The notes beneath the pieces are model-generated. The model was not told where the DNA came from and ran no database searches. It saw nothing but the letters and a program-made list of their open reading frames with translations. Shown in pieces: positions 1 through 10,013 of a DNA stretch of 64,000 bases. Each line of letters opens with the position of its first letter. Position 1 is the stretch's first letter. The stretch is from an uncultured Eubacteriales bacterium (GTDB lineage: Bacteria; Bacillota; Clostridia; Oscillospirales; Ruminococcaceae), in NCBI GenBank assembly GCA_900316885.1, contig ONEQ01000012.1, positions 2,490 through 66,489 on the forward strand, in the 5' to 3' direction. A program made the position numbers and the translations under genes.

Positions 1-1
1 T

Positions 2-283
2 ATTCCGGTAGTTGTTGAATCGACTGACGAGTTTGCGCAGAAGTATCCGTCGGCAATTGTCCAGTACTTATATGATAATTACAGCGACAAGTTCGTGAAG
101 GTAGAGTACAACGGTTATGCTGCATCGGAGGCAGCACCTGCGGACGGCGAAAATCCGGCACGTGCCGGCAAGACTGCGAAGACAGTAAGCTTCAGCCTGA
201 CCCTGACAATCAATAATGAGAACCAGCTCCCGGATCTGACTGTTGCTGAAGAAACACCAGACGATGCTCCGGTTGCTGAATAA
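2..283 (+). CDS. 3' end of a CDS that begins upstream of the window; function unknown, first gene of the pilus-type cluster
   Basis: Frame 2 is open from base 2 (IPVVVESTDEFAQKYPSAIVQYLYDNYSDKFVKVEYNGY...) to the stop at 281-283. The listed 95..283 ORF is only its tail. The next gene follows after 15 nt. Confidence 0.5.
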   Translation: MPVVVESTDEFAQKYPSAIVQYLYDNYSDKFVKVEYNGYAASEAAPADGENPARAGKTAKTVSFSLTLTINNENQLPDLTVAEETPDDAPVAE

Positions 284-298
284 AGGAGGTAGATACCA

Positions 299-1099
299 AT
301 GAAAGACATGAGCTACAGAGATAAAATGGTCATTCTGGTCATTTCTATCATCGTAATAATGGCTGTAGGATTTTTCGCACTGATCAAACCTACCTATAAT
401 AAGATGGTTGAGGATACATCCATATATGAGTCTACCAAGACGGAGTGGGAAGGTATCAAGGCAAAGCTGGATGCAATTCCGGGACTGAAGGAAACCATCA
501 CCTCGGCATACAATGATGCCAAGAAGGATGCTGCTGTTCTGGAGAATACTGCATTTGGCGATCTCGATAAGGATTACGAAATCAAGAAGGTCAACTATGG
601 TCTGGATCAGTATCTGCACCAGGTCATTGATGACAATAATCTGAAGGTTTCTTCTTTCGCAATTGGCGACACTGGTTCTACCGGTATCAGCTACTTCTAC
701 TACGAGCCGGATGCTGTCACCTATGCACTTCTGGAGTCTGGTGACCTGAACGGCAAGTATGCAACAGATCTGACGAAGCTGATGGAAAAGAGCAGTGTTA
801 TCAGCACTCGCGAGACAGCTGATGTCATTGGCAACAATGTGACTCTTTCTGTTGAGGGTAAGAGAGAGGATCTGATGAACTTCCTGGATGCAATGAAGGA
901 AGACAACAATGCAATCTATATCACAACTCTTGGCATTACTGATTATCAGTTCAGCGGCGGTGCTACCCGTGAACAGACAGATGCAGAGGGTAATGTGACA
1001 ACGGTTGTTGATCCGAATGCTGAGGGGACATCTGCACTGAGCATCGACATGCTCTTCTACAATGCTAAGGAGCTTGACAAGCCGGATCTGGGTGATTGA
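299..1099 (+). CDS. Type IV pilus assembly protein, PilO-like (tentative)
   Basis: 266 aa. Short N-terminus, one TM helix (MVILVISIIVIMAVGFFALI), then a soluble domain. AAAGGAGG lies 9 nt upstream of the ATG. Embedded in the pilin/PilD/PilB/PilT cluster. Confidence 0.5.
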   Translation: MKDMSYRDKMVILVISIIVIMAVGFFALIKPTYNKMVEDTSIYESTKTEWEGIKAKLDAIPGLKETITSAYNDAKKDAAVLENTAFGDLDKDYEIKKVNYGLDQYLHQVIDDNNLKVSSFAIGDTGSTGISYFYYEPDAVTYALLESGDLNGKYATDLTKLMEKSSVISTRETADVIGNNVTLSVEGKREDLMNFLDAMKEDNNAIYITTLGITDYQFSGGATREQTDAEGNVTTVVDPNAEGTSALSIDMLFYNAKELDKPDLGD

Positions 1100-1139
1100 T
1101 TCGGTACCGCAACCCGCACTTTTTAGGAAGGTGGTAAAG

Positions 1140-4100
1140 ATGATGAAGGAGAGAACAAACCCCAAGTCTGTTGCTCCTCGTAAAGTAAAAGGTACTGTAC
1201 TGTTTACGGTTGTAGTTGTCATGCTGGTTCTCGTCGTTTTCCTGATGGGAACGCTGGCACTTGCGGCAACGGCAAGCCGCCGTGCGTCCAACACTTATAG
1301 TACGGCGCAGACGCAGTCAACAGCGAAAGCTGGTGTGAATGCGATCATTGCGGCAATGCAAAACAACATTGATGTTGCTTATGCAGCAGCTAAGGTTGAT
1401 GCTTCAAATCCCGTTCATATTGGTGAAATCAAGTTCAGCTATATGGATAATGTGGTTGAATCAGAGGGAGAAGATCCTGAGCGTAAAGCACAGATCGTGA
1501 ACTCTCTGGGTAAAGTCACGGATTCCGGTATCGAGTATGTCGGAAAGAAGTGGGAGGTTAACGAAGAAGGCAAACTGATTGAGAAGGATGTTATTAAGGT
1601 ATGGGCAACAGCAACGCAGGGAACTGCGGAGTCTACCTATGCTACGTACATCATGAAGGATGCAGAGCCCGGCGGCGGCGGCGGCGGTGAGACCACCGGC
1701 TTCGTAGCGACCGGTTCTGCGGTATCCGAGAACCACACCTCTGTATATGGCGGATGCTATATCGGTTTCGATGAGTATTGGAAGGGCGGAAATGCGCCTG
1801 GCCGTACTCCGGAGCAGATCGAGGCAGATGCAGCGAGAGCAGCACAGGAATGGGAAAATCGTCTTCCGATGAACAAGGCCAGTGATGTTCATTATAATGC
1901 AAAGGATGCGGCAACCATCTTCGAGGCTGATTGTCATGTCAATGGCTCCTACATCACGGATACAGGTTCGGATTTCCATCTGGTTATGAAGTCGCCCAAG
2001 GGTGGCATGACTGTATGGGGCGATCTGATTTTGAATCATCCGATGCTCATTGATACGGTGAATGTGCCGGCATCCAAATACAGCGCAACCGGTATCAACA
2101 CCGCAGATATTCCGTATATCTATGTTGATGGCGATTTGATTTTTGCCAGCGGATGTGCGAACCCAACAATTATGCCGTATGTGTATAATCAGAATGATAC
2201 GCAGGCAACCCATACAACATACGAAGCAAACAAGCCCGGTCAGCAGATTCCGCTGAACATTTTCTGCGGAAGTATGCAGGATGAGTACGGCGACAAGCAT
2301 AAGGTGAACATCAATGGCGACGTATATTGCTATGATGCAACCAAGACCTCTCATCTGAACCACGGCAACGATTCCATGCTCTATAGCTGGGGTGCCAAGG
2401 TTGTAAATCCGGACGGTACAGCAGTCAACCATGTCAATGGTAATTTCTACACCAAGGGCAGTCTGGAGCTGGGCGGTCAGGATTCTGCAAAAGTCATGAC
2501 CTTTAACGGTGATGTTTGCATTGACCATGATCTTGTAATCAACGACAAGTGCTCGGTTCAGATCAACGGCAACCTCATGGTTGGCGGTATGATTACCCTT
2601 GGACCAAACTTCCAGGCACTCAATGTGACCGGCAAGGTAATGTGTGATGATGAAGCACACAGAAATGATGCTCGTATCAGTGCGGCGGGCGGTAAGGAAG
2701 GCACCGGTAAGCGTGCCGGCGCAACTATTGCCAGTCAGGAAGTGATTGGTGCAGCAGTCAAGTCAGGTTATGAGGCAAGGGACGTTGAGGTGACAGAGCC
2801 TGTACTGATTTCCTCTGAGACATACGCGCTCGTTGTTCTGGCTGCGGATGGTTCTGTCGTTACAAAAAACAAGGATAATGATGCAGGTTTTTCAAGCGCA
2901 ACAGACCTGACGATCAGCGTGGATCCCATTGATCCCACCAGGGCAAGGGTTACTGTATGGGGAGGCGACCGCACAAACGACAGTGTGTTTAATGGTGCAG
3001 TTCTCCCGGCAGGATGCTCAATTCAGTTTCATTACACGGTTAAAGAATATGAGGATCAGACCCATACGGTGAAGAAGTACTACACCACGACGGATCCGAT
3101 TAAGGAAGTGTCCGCTAAGGAAGCAATGACACAGACCAAAATCACGTATAAGGATGCAGGCGGTACCGCACTCGCAGACGTAACATTCTTCCCGAGCGTT
3201 TATGAGAAGGATGTTATCTTGGGTAAGAAACTGCCTGACGGTACTTCCGGCACAAACGATAAGTACAAGATTATCCGTACTGTCCCGGAGATCATGACCG
3301 GTAAGACTGACCCGTATAGCATGGGTGTTTATTCCTATCCGGCAGATCAGGTTACAGAGGTTCTGGATGTGAATACCTCTGCTACCAGCGGAACAAACTG
3401 GCACAAGGATGGCAACGTCTTTGTTGTAACCGGTTCCCTGACACTGACCAACGGCGGCGGTGACGGCAGACCTGGCGTTGTTGTTCAGGCACAGTCCGAT
3501 AAGGAAATCTGGATCAAGCTGGCTAAGAATCTGAAGTATCAGGCAGGCGCCCTGATGGTAGACGATACCGGTATCACCCCGAAGAATGTTAACTTCTTTG
3601 TTGAGGGTAACACCAACATCGGCAACGGAAGCGCAAGCAAGCTGAATGGTTATACGTGTCTGGATACAACTGTAATTTCCGATGGTATGATTGATGACAG
3701 CTTCAGCTATTTGAATTGTATTTCGATTGCAAAGCAATTCAGTAATGCATCCGGTAAATACCAGATTTATAACGACTTCTACAACTGTGCAATGGTAAAG
3801 TCCGAGTATACGAAGATTACGAATGCTGAGTACAATACGTTTAAGCAGAGTCTGGAATCGATGACTGATTCACAGAGAGCTGCAGCGAAGATAAAGTTCT
3901 ACCAGACGGATAAGCTGGTCAGCGAAGAATCTCTGACAGAGATTTATAAGCCGGTGGGTATTGATCCGCTCCTGTATCCGCAGATCAAGCAGCCAATCAT
4001 TCATGTTTACAGCGATAAAACCCAGACATCCTCGATCAATATGCACAATACCTGCTCGATCGGTGCTTTTGTGCAGGCTCCGTACATGAATTACAATCAG

Positions 4101-4337
4101 AGTGATAACGGTGGTATGACGCCCAAGTCAACCATCTACTACAATGGTTTTGATATCAAGGGTAAGGATGTACCGGCAACGCAGGTGGGCTGCTACGGCT
4201 GTATGATCGTTAAGGACTTCTATTGTAAGAATGAGTGGCTGATGCTCTATGCAGGTAAATCCGAGAGCGGTACTGGTCCAGTTGTGAGCGATGCACTGAT
4301 GAGAAACTGGCTTGTTATGTACAATGATAACTATTAA
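1140..4337 (+). CDS. Giant (1065 aa) PilX-N-terminal-like pseudopilin, putative pilus-associated adhesin
   Basis: In-frame ATG at 1140 is preceded by aggaaggtgg. The N-terminus KVKG/TVLFTVVVVMLVLVVFLMGTLALAATASRRASN resembles the PilX N-terminal hydrophobic segment and has no Glu at +5. A long Gly/Thr/Asn-rich extracellular-type body includes a GGGGGG run. It lies directly upstream of two prepilin genes. Confidence 0.6.
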   Translation: MMKERTNPKSVAPRKVKGTVLFTVVVVMLVLVVFLMGTLALAATASRRASNTYSTAQTQSTAKAGVNAIIAAMQNNIDVAYAAAKVDASNPVHIGEIKFSYMDNVVESEGEDPERKAQIVNSLGKVTDSGIEYVGKKWEVNEEGKLIEKDVIKVWATATQGTAESTYATYIMKDAEPGGGGGGETTGFVATGSAVSENHTSVYGGCYIGFDEYWKGGNAPGRTPEQIEADAARAAQEWENRLPMNKASDVHYNAKDAATIFEADCHVNGSYITDTGSDFHLVMKSPKGGMTVWGDLILNHPMLIDTVNVPASKYSATGINTADIPYIYVDGDLIFASGCANPTIMPYVYNQNDTQATHTTYEANKPGQQIPLNIFCGSMQDEYGDKHKVNINGDVYCYDATKTSHLNHGNDSMLYSWGAKVVNPDGTAVNHVNGNFYTKGSLELGGQDSAKVMTFNGDVCIDHDLVINDKCSVQINGNLMVGGMITLGPNFQALNVTGKVMCDDEAHRNDARISAAGGKEGTGKRAGATIASQEVIGAAVKSGYEARDVEVTEPVLISSETYALVVLAADGSVVTKNKDNDAGFSSATDLTISVDPIDPTRARVTVWGGDRTNDSVFNGAVLPAGCSIQFHYTVKEYEDQTHTVKKYYTTTDPIKEVSAKEAMTQTKITYKDAGGTALADVTFFPSVYEKDVILGKKLPDGTSGTNDKYKIIRTVPEIMTGKTDPYSMGVYSYPADQVTEVLDVNTSATSGTNWHKDGNVFVVTGSLTLTNGGGDGRPGVVVQAQSDKEIWIKLAKNLKYQAGALMVDDTGITPKNVNFFVEGNTNIGNGSASKLNGYTCLDTTVISDGMIDDSFSYLNCISIAKQFSNASGKYQIYNDFYNCAMVKSEYTKITNAEYNTFKQSLESMTDSQRAAAKIKFYQTDKLVSEESLTEIYKPVGIDPLLYPQIKQPIIHVYSDKTQTSSINMHNTCSIGAFVQAPYMNYNQSDNGGMTPKSTIYYNGFDIKGKDVPATQVGCYGCMIVKDFYCKNEWLMLYAGKSESGTGPVVSDALMRNWLVMYNDNY

Positions 4338-4349
4338 TGAGGAGGTGCT

Positions 4350-4982
4350 ATGATGAAACGAGTATCTTATAGAAAAAATACTCTGAAAAACGTCAAGGGC
4401 ATGACCCTTGTAGAGATCATTATCGCTATGGTAGTTTTTGCAGTCATTGCACTGATTCTTGTACAGGTCGGTGGAACGATCAACACTTTGATTAAGCGTG
4501 CAAATCATGTGAACAAGAAGACGAGTATTGAGGCTCCCATGGTGGAAAATGCTCGTGCTTGCATGACGGTTAACCGTGTTGAAGGATATGACGATGCCGG
4601 AAAGACAATCAGAAACTACAAGAAGGATACCGAGACAATCACCATGCAGCCGGGATGCCTTGAGGCATATACGGTGGGCGGTACGGATCAGGCTAGTAAC
4701 CTGAGAGTGTCGCTTGATTACGAAGGTACTCCTATTAATCTGAATGCTGCCATCTTCACGGCTGCTCCGTCGATTAAGGCAAGCGATAAGAATTCGACCG
4801 ATTCTGCCGGTGATCTCAAGTATATCTACATTAGCACCTGGCTGACCAGCGGCGGTAATGCAATCTGGGTGGATAATCATCCGCTTTCTGACGGCGGTTC
4901 TTCTTCCGACGGCAGCACTGGCGATACCAGCGTGGATAACAACACTGAAGTGAAGCCTGCTCAACCGTCTGCTGGCAATTAA
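4350..4982 (+). CDS. Prepilin-type N-terminal cleavage/methylation domain protein (pilin or minor pilin)
   Basis: Leader MMKRVSYRKNTLKNVKG followed by MTLVEIIIAMVVFAVIALILV, which is class III signal-like with Glu at +5. GGAGG RBS. 210 aa. Confidence 0.8.
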   Translation: MMKRVSYRKNTLKNVKGMTLVEIIIAMVVFAVIALILVQVGGTINTLIKRANHVNKKTSIEAPMVENARACMTVNRVEGYDDAGKTIRNYKKDTETITMQPGCLEAYTVGGTDQASNLRVSLDYEGTPINLNAAIFTAAPSIKASDKNSTDSAGDLKYIYISTWLTSGGNAIWVDNHPLSDGGSSSDGSTGDTSVDNNTEVKPAQPSAGN

Positions 4983-4995
4983 CGGAGGGCAGATC

Positions 4996-6051
4996 ATGAA
5001 AAAAACAACTGTTAAGGGCTTTACCTTGATTGAAATGCTGATTGTTCTTGCAACGTTTTCCGTGATTATGTTCGGTGCAATGCAGCTGATGCAGCCTTCT
5101 CGTATGCTGTACGAGCGTTCGTTCAAGGAAGAAGATGTATCGGCAGGTGAGAAGATCCTCAAGAATTATCTTGAGGATACTCTCCGATTTGCACAGAACG
5201 TGGATGTCAGCAGCGCGGCGTATGATCCCGACGACGATTCGGCGCTCCGTGCAGATCTGACAACGTTTGTCCGCAATCACTACAATGGTTATCGCACCAA
5301 TACCGGTGATCTGGGCAGCGGCGTTGTAAATGTCATGTGGATTAATAACCGCAACCACGGCATGATCTCAACGCAGTCCTTCACATTTACAGCACCCGAT
5401 ATTGATCCGACTGGTGACATCAAGACTGACGTTACTCTGACGGATAACAGCGATTACACTCCAAGCGCAGTCAACCTTGCAATCTACAATCGTTACAATT
5501 ATGTTATCTCCCTTGGCGTTACAACAACTGAAATACAGAATGTTCAGATTAATGCTGTAGATAAGATGGATTTGTACCATCTCGTGACGGATGCAGATTA
5601 TTATGCGAAGTTCCCTGCTGCAATGCATATTGATGAGTGCTGCCGCGACAGCTTTACGTTTACCATCAACGGCTATGACACCCATCCGACGCAGAAGGCA
5701 CTGGAGGTAGGCGGCGACTGGTATTACTCACAGATCATCCCGATGACTGCAAACATGTCTCTGGTGAATGCGCAGAATCGTGAGAATTATCTGCATTATG
5801 ACTGGAAGGAAGAAAGCAGTGTCTGGAAGCATCCGACGATTGCTGCGGCTACACCCGGTGGTACTCCTGAAACTAAGTGGTGCAGAATCATCAATGACAA
5901 TCTTGGTGTAGACAGCTGCCATCTGCTCGGCGATACAGCCGGCACAGGCACTGGTCTGGTACTGGACAGCAATACCTGGAGTGAGGGTACTTTCACGGAC
6001 TACGCAAATCCGGATACCATCCGTATTATCTACAGCTATCCGCTGAAGTAA
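4996..6051 (+). CDS. Prepilin-type N-terminal cleavage/methylation domain protein (large pilin-like protein, 351 aa)
   Basis: Canonical MKKTTVKG/FTLIEMLIVLATFSVIMFGAM prepilin signal. RBS cggaggg upstream. Confidence 0.85.
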   Translation: MKKTTVKGFTLIEMLIVLATFSVIMFGAMQLMQPSRMLYERSFKEEDVSAGEKILKNYLEDTLRFAQNVDVSSAAYDPDDDSALRADLTTFVRNHYNGYRTNTGDLGSGVVNVMWINNRNHGMISTQSFTFTAPDIDPTGDIKTDVTLTDNSDYTPSAVNLAIYNRYNYVISLGVTTTEIQNVQINAVDKMDLYHLVTDADYYAKFPAAMHIDECCRDSFTFTINGYDTHPTQKALEVGGDWYYSQIIPMTANMSLVNAQNRENYLHYDWKEESSVWKHPTIAAATPGGTPETKWCRIINDNLGVDSCHLLGDTAGTGTGLVLDSNTWSEGTFTDYANPDTIRIIYSYPLK

Positions 6052-6065
6052 TCTGCTAAAACAAG

Positions 6066-6097
6066 TGCAGTCGGAAGATTGCCATCTTCCGACTGCA
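6066..6097. terminator. Bidirectional intrinsic terminator between the convergent pilin gene and pilD
   Basis: Perfect 14-bp stem tgcagtcggaagat / atcttccgactgca with loop tgcc. T/A-rich on both flanks. Confidence 0.7.
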
Positions 6098-6128
6098 TGA
6101 TTTTAATGAATAGGGATCGTAAGTGGGT

Positions 6129-7010
6129 TTACATCTGAGCATGACGTGTGAGGGATGTAATGTACATATCTGCGAGAGGTGTTCCGAACAGGGCACCGAA
6201 GAACAGACCGATGGCAAGATAGGGACCAAACGCAAATTTGGATTCGCCGCTCCGGTGCTTATTGATAACGCCGAACACGGCTGCCAGCATGATACCGAGA
6301 AAAGCGGCAACGATCGTGGCTTTCCAGCCGATCACCAGACCGCCGGCAGCCATGATGAGCGTATCGCCAAGCTCGATACCGCGTCGGATGTCATCCGAGC
6401 CGGTTCGCTTACGGATCACGGCACCGCTGATTTCTCCGATCACGAAGAACGGAAGGCTGATAATCAGCATACCGGTCAGATGGGAGAGCAGACTTACGTC
6501 ATCATACCGGAGGAACATCGGGAGATTGTAACGCACCTGTGGGGACAAGCCGGCAATGACAAGCAGTGGAATCGCGACAACAACGATTGAAGCCAGCAGG
6601 CGGAGATCCATTTCCATCGTATCCCAGTCCATGAAACCGAGACAGATCAGGATGGAAAAGAAGAAACAATAGAGCACAGATTTCAGATTGAAATCCAGGA
6701 TCGCAATGGTAGCAATGTAAACGATACCGTTGAGCGCTTCTACAATCGGGTAGCGAGCGGAGATCTTTTCACCGCAGTTCCGGCATTTGCCGCGCAGGAT
6801 AAAGACCCAGCTGATGATCGGGATAATATCGATCACGCGGATCTTGGCACCGCAGGTCGTACAGTGCGACGCGCGTTTGACCAGAGATTCGTTTCTGGGG
6901 AGCCGGTAAATGACGACATTCAAAAAACTGCCGATACAGATCCCATAGAAAAAAACGATGGGGAAGAACATGATGTAAAAACCAATGTCCATGTATTCAT
7001 TGTGTAGCAT
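6129..7010 (-). CDS. pilD: Prepilin peptidase (A24 family, PilD)
   Basis: FLNVVIYRLPRNESLVKRASHCTTCGAKIRVIDIIPIISWVFILRGKCRNCGEKISARYPIVEALNG (Zn-binding CxxC...CxxC module) plus a multi-TM body. Confidence 0.9.
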   Translation of the reverse strand: MLHNEYMDIGFYIMFFPIVFFYGICIGSFLNVVIYRLPRNESLVKRASHCTTCGAKIRVIDIIPIISWVFILRGKCRNCGEKISARYPIVEALNGIVYIATIAILDFNLKSVLYCFFFSILICLGFMDWDTMEMDLRLLASIVVVAIPLLVIAGLSPQVRYNLPMFLRYDDVSLLSHLTGMLIISLPFFVIGEISGAVIRKRTGSDDIRRGIELGDTLIMAAGGLVIGWKATIVAAFLGIMLAAVFGVINKHRSGESKFAFGPYLAIGLFFGALFGTPLADMYITSLTRHAQM

Positions 7011-7103
7011 GATGTATGCCTCCTTAATCGATGATATATATATTATACCACAAGCGGGTATATTTTACAAGTAGCAATATTAATAAAGTATGGAGGTCAT
7101 TGT

Positions 7104-8783
7104 ATGAGAAACATTCGTATTGGTGATTACCTTGTTGAGCAGAAGCTCATCACCGCTGAGCAGCTGGACCAGGTTCTGACTGCACAGAAGGAATCTCAGG
7201 GGAGCAAGCGTTTTGGTGAGATGGTAGTGGAGCTCGGCTTCATCACCGAGATCAATCTGGCGAAGGCGCTGGCTGCAAAGCTGCGTGTACCCTACGTTGA
7301 TCTGAGCAATCAGGAGATCGACGAGGATGCAGTCCGTAAGATCCCTGAGAGCCTTGCTAAGAAGCACACGGTTATCGCCATCAATATCCAGGGCCGCCGT
7401 CTGACAGTTGCAACGGATGACCCGATCAACTTCAACATTCTCGAGGATATCAAGATGCAGACCGGTATGGATACCATCCCGGTACTGGCTACCAGATCTG
7501 CCATCAACAAGGCAATCGGTCAGCACTACTCCATGGAGAACGTTGACTCCGTACTGGAATCTGTACAGCAGTTCCGCAACGACGACGATGAGGATTCCGA
7601 GTCCAAGGATCGTGTAGAGAGCGCACCTATCGTAAAGCTCGCTACCACCATCATCGAGAACTCCTATCGTGCCGACGCAACCGATATTCATATCGAGCCG
7701 TTCAAGACCTACACTGTTATCCGTGTCCGTGTAAACGGCGACCTGGTAGAGCTCATGAAGGTCTCCAATGTCGTTCATAACGCACTGACCACCCGTCTGA
7801 AGCTCATCTCCGGCATGAACATCGCTGAGAAGCGTATCCCGCAGGACGGTCGTTTCACCCAGACTGTTGACGGCACCGTACTCGACGTCCGTGTATCCTC
7901 CCTGCCGACCGTTAACGGCGAGAAGATCGTTATCCGAATCCTCTCCACCGGTAACATTGCACTCCGTAAGATCACTGACCTCGGTATGTCCGACTATAAC
8001 TATCAGCTCTTCGAGTCCATGATCAAGTGCCCGCACGGCGTTATCCTGGTAACAGGACCTACCGGTTCCGGTAAGACCACCACTCTGTACGCAGCACTCG
8101 GTGAGCTCGCAAAGCCGCATGTAAATGTTATCACCGTTGAGGACCCGGTTGAGAAGGCGATCGACGGCATCAACCAGGTTCAGGTAAATGCAAAGGCTGG
8201 TATGACCTTCGCAGCCGCACTGAGATCCATCCTTCGTCAGGACCCGGATATTGTCATGATCGGTGAGATGCGTGACTCCGAGACTGCCGATATCGGTATC
8301 CGTGCCGCTATCACCGGTCACTTGGTTCTGTCCACGCTGCATACCAACGACGCAGCATCCACCATCGTCCGTCTGGTAGACATGGGCGTTGCACCGTACA
8401 TGGTTGCAACCTCTCTGATCGGCGTTATCGCACAGCGACTTGTTAAGGTACTGTGCCCGAAGTGCAAGCGGCAGAGAATGTCCACCGTTGAGGAGAACAA
8501 GCTGATGAAGCTTGAGGACATCAACACCCCGATCCCGGTTTACGAGCACCAGGGCTGCCCGGAGTGCAACAACACCGGTTACCGCGGACGTACTGCAATT
8601 CACGAGATCATTCATTGTACAGCTGGTATCTCCACCATCGTTGCCCGCAACGGTTCCAAGGAGGAGATCGAGGAGAAGGCAAAGGAGAACGGCACCAAGC
8701 TGCTGCGTGACAACGTATCCGAGCTGGTACAGAAGGGCGTCACCTCTATGGATGAGCTGGTTCGTGTAACCTACGCTGTATAA
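7104..8783 (+). CDS. pilB: Type IV pilus assembly ATPase PilB (GspE family)
   Basis: N-terminal T2SSE_N-like segment (IGDYLVEQKLITAEQLDQVL). Walker A GPTGSGKTTT, PDIVMIGEMRD, TGHLVLSTLHTND, and the tetracysteine CPKC...CPEC. Confidence 0.93.
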   Translation: MRNIRIGDYLVEQKLITAEQLDQVLTAQKESQGSKRFGEMVVELGFITEINLAKALAAKLRVPYVDLSNQEIDEDAVRKIPESLAKKHTVIAINIQGRRLTVATDDPINFNILEDIKMQTGMDTIPVLATRSAINKAIGQHYSMENVDSVLESVQQFRNDDDEDSESKDRVESAPIVKLATTIIENSYRADATDIHIEPFKTYTVIRVRVNGDLVELMKVSNVVHNALTTRLKLISGMNIAEKRIPQDGRFTQTVDGTVLDVRVSSLPTVNGEKIVIRILSTGNIALRKITDLGMSDYNYQLFESMIKCPHGVILVTGPTGSGKTTTLYAALGELAKPHVNVITVEDPVEKAIDGINQVQVNAKAGMTFAAALRSILRQDPDIVMIGEMRDSETADIGIRAAITGHLVLSTLHTNDAASTIVRLVDMGVAPYMVATSLIGVIAQRLVKVLCPKCKRQRMSTVEENKLMKLEDINTPIPVYEHQGCPECNNTGYRGRTAIHEIIHCTAGISTIVARNGSKEEIEEKAKENGTKLLRDNVSELVQKGVTSMDELVRVTYAV

Positions 8784-8861
8784 TCCCTGTTGCAATCATC
8801 GGCTTGTGCGCTGCCGGCTATGAAAAGCGCACATATTACCTAATGTTTGGAGGAAATGACA

Positions 8862-9935
8862 ATGGGAATTGAAATTAACCGCATCCTGAATGAGGCGCGT
8901 GCGATCGGCTGCTCGGACTTGCACTTTACCTTTGGCATCAACCCGATCGTTCGTCTGAACGGTAACCTTCGTAAGATGACGAAGTATCCGGAGCTCGATG
9001 AGGAGGAGATCCTGGATATTGTCAACCAGATGACCAATGACCAGCAGATGGCAAGCGTCCGTGCGCACAAGGACACCGACTTCTCCTTCCAGACGACTGC
9101 CGGCTATCGTCACCGTGTTAACGTATTCTTCCAGAGGGGCAAGACCGCTATCGCGATCCGTCTGCTCCGTAACGATATTCCGACACTGGAGGATCTGCAT
9201 CTGCCGCCTGTACTGGCTGATTTCTCGATGCGTCCCCGTGGTCTGGTGCTGGTAACCGGTCCTACCGGTTCCGGTAAGTCCACCACCCTCGCCGGCATGA
9301 TCGACTACATCAATGTACATAGAAGTGCTCACGTCATTACGATTGAGGACCCGATCGAGTACGTTCACACCCACAAGCTCTGCATGGTTAACCAGAGAGA
9401 GGTCGGAGACGATGTTCCGGACTTCGCACTGGCGCTTCGTGCAGCACTTCGTGAGGACCCGGACGTAATCCTCGTAGGTGAGATGCGTGACTTCGAGACC
9501 ATCCAGGCAGCGATCACCGCAGCCGAGACCGGACACCTCGTACTTTCGACCCTGCATACCACCTCTGCGGCAGATACCATCAACCGTATCATCGACGTAT
9601 ATCCGGAGCATCAGCAGAACCAGATCAGAACCCAGCTCTCCAACAACCTCGTAGGCGTTATCTCCCAGACCCTGCTTCCGCGTCTGGACGGCAAGGGCCG
9701 TGAAGCCTGCATGGAGATTCTGGCAGTTACCGACGCCTGCGCAGCAATGATCCGTGACGACAAGGTTCACCTGCTGCTGTCTGCGATCCAGTCCGGTAAG
9801 CAGTACGGCATGATGTGTCTCGACCAGGAGCTTGCCCGTTATGTAAAGCGCGGCATCGTTTCCGAGAATGCTGCACTGGAAAAGTGCCAGTCCAAGTCTG
9901 AGTTCTACCGCTTCCTGAACGGTAACAACGGCTGA
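8862..9935 (+). CDS. pilT: Twitching-motility / pilus retraction ATPase PilT
   Basis: Walker A GPTGSGKSTT, PDVILVGEMRD, TGHLVLSTLHT. About 357 aa without the GspE N-domain. Start placed at the ATG 7 nt after GGAGGAA; the ORF-track start 8847 is too close to or upstream of the RBS. Confidence 0.9.
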   Translation: MGIEINRILNEARAIGCSDLHFTFGINPIVRLNGNLRKMTKYPELDEEEILDIVNQMTNDQQMASVRAHKDTDFSFQTTAGYRHRVNVFFQRGKTAIAIRLLRNDIPTLEDLHLPPVLADFSMRPRGLVLVTGPTGSGKSTTLAGMIDYINVHRSAHVITIEDPIEYVHTHKLCMVNQREVGDDVPDFALALRAALREDPDVILVGEMRDFETIQAAITAAETGHLVLSTLHTTSAADTINRIIDVYPEHQQNQIRTQLSNNLVGVISQTLLPRLDGKGREACMEILAVTDACAAMIRDDKVHLLLSAIQSGKQYGMMCLDQELARYVKRGIVSENAALEKCQSKSEFYRFLNGNNG

Positions 9936-9941
9936 TTATGA

Positions 9942-10000
9942 GGATGGGGCGCTGCCCCCATACCCCCGCAAGGGGAGCGTGGCTCCCCTTGACCCCATCC
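9942..10000. repeat. GC-rich multi-hairpin element bounded by GGATGGGG / CCCCATCC
   Basis: 8-bp terminal inverted repeat. Internal hairpin caagggga-gcgtggc-tccccttg. Related to other GC-rich modules in the window. Confidence 0.7.
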
Positions 10001-10013
10001 ACTCGAAAGAAAA

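Noticed and set aside
68-1294. 408-aa minus-strand ORF covering the start of the window
   Set aside because: It is antisense to the partial CDS, the PilO-like gene and the start of the giant pseudopilin. The sequence is Cys/Ile/Leu-rich nonsense with no RBS and no motif.
7080-9770. 571-aa and 324-aa minus-strand ORFs (7080..8795, 8796..9770)
   Set aside because: They are exact mirror frames of pilB and pilT, whose ATPase motifs are unambiguous. They are typical antisense open frames in GC-rich genes with biased codon third positions.
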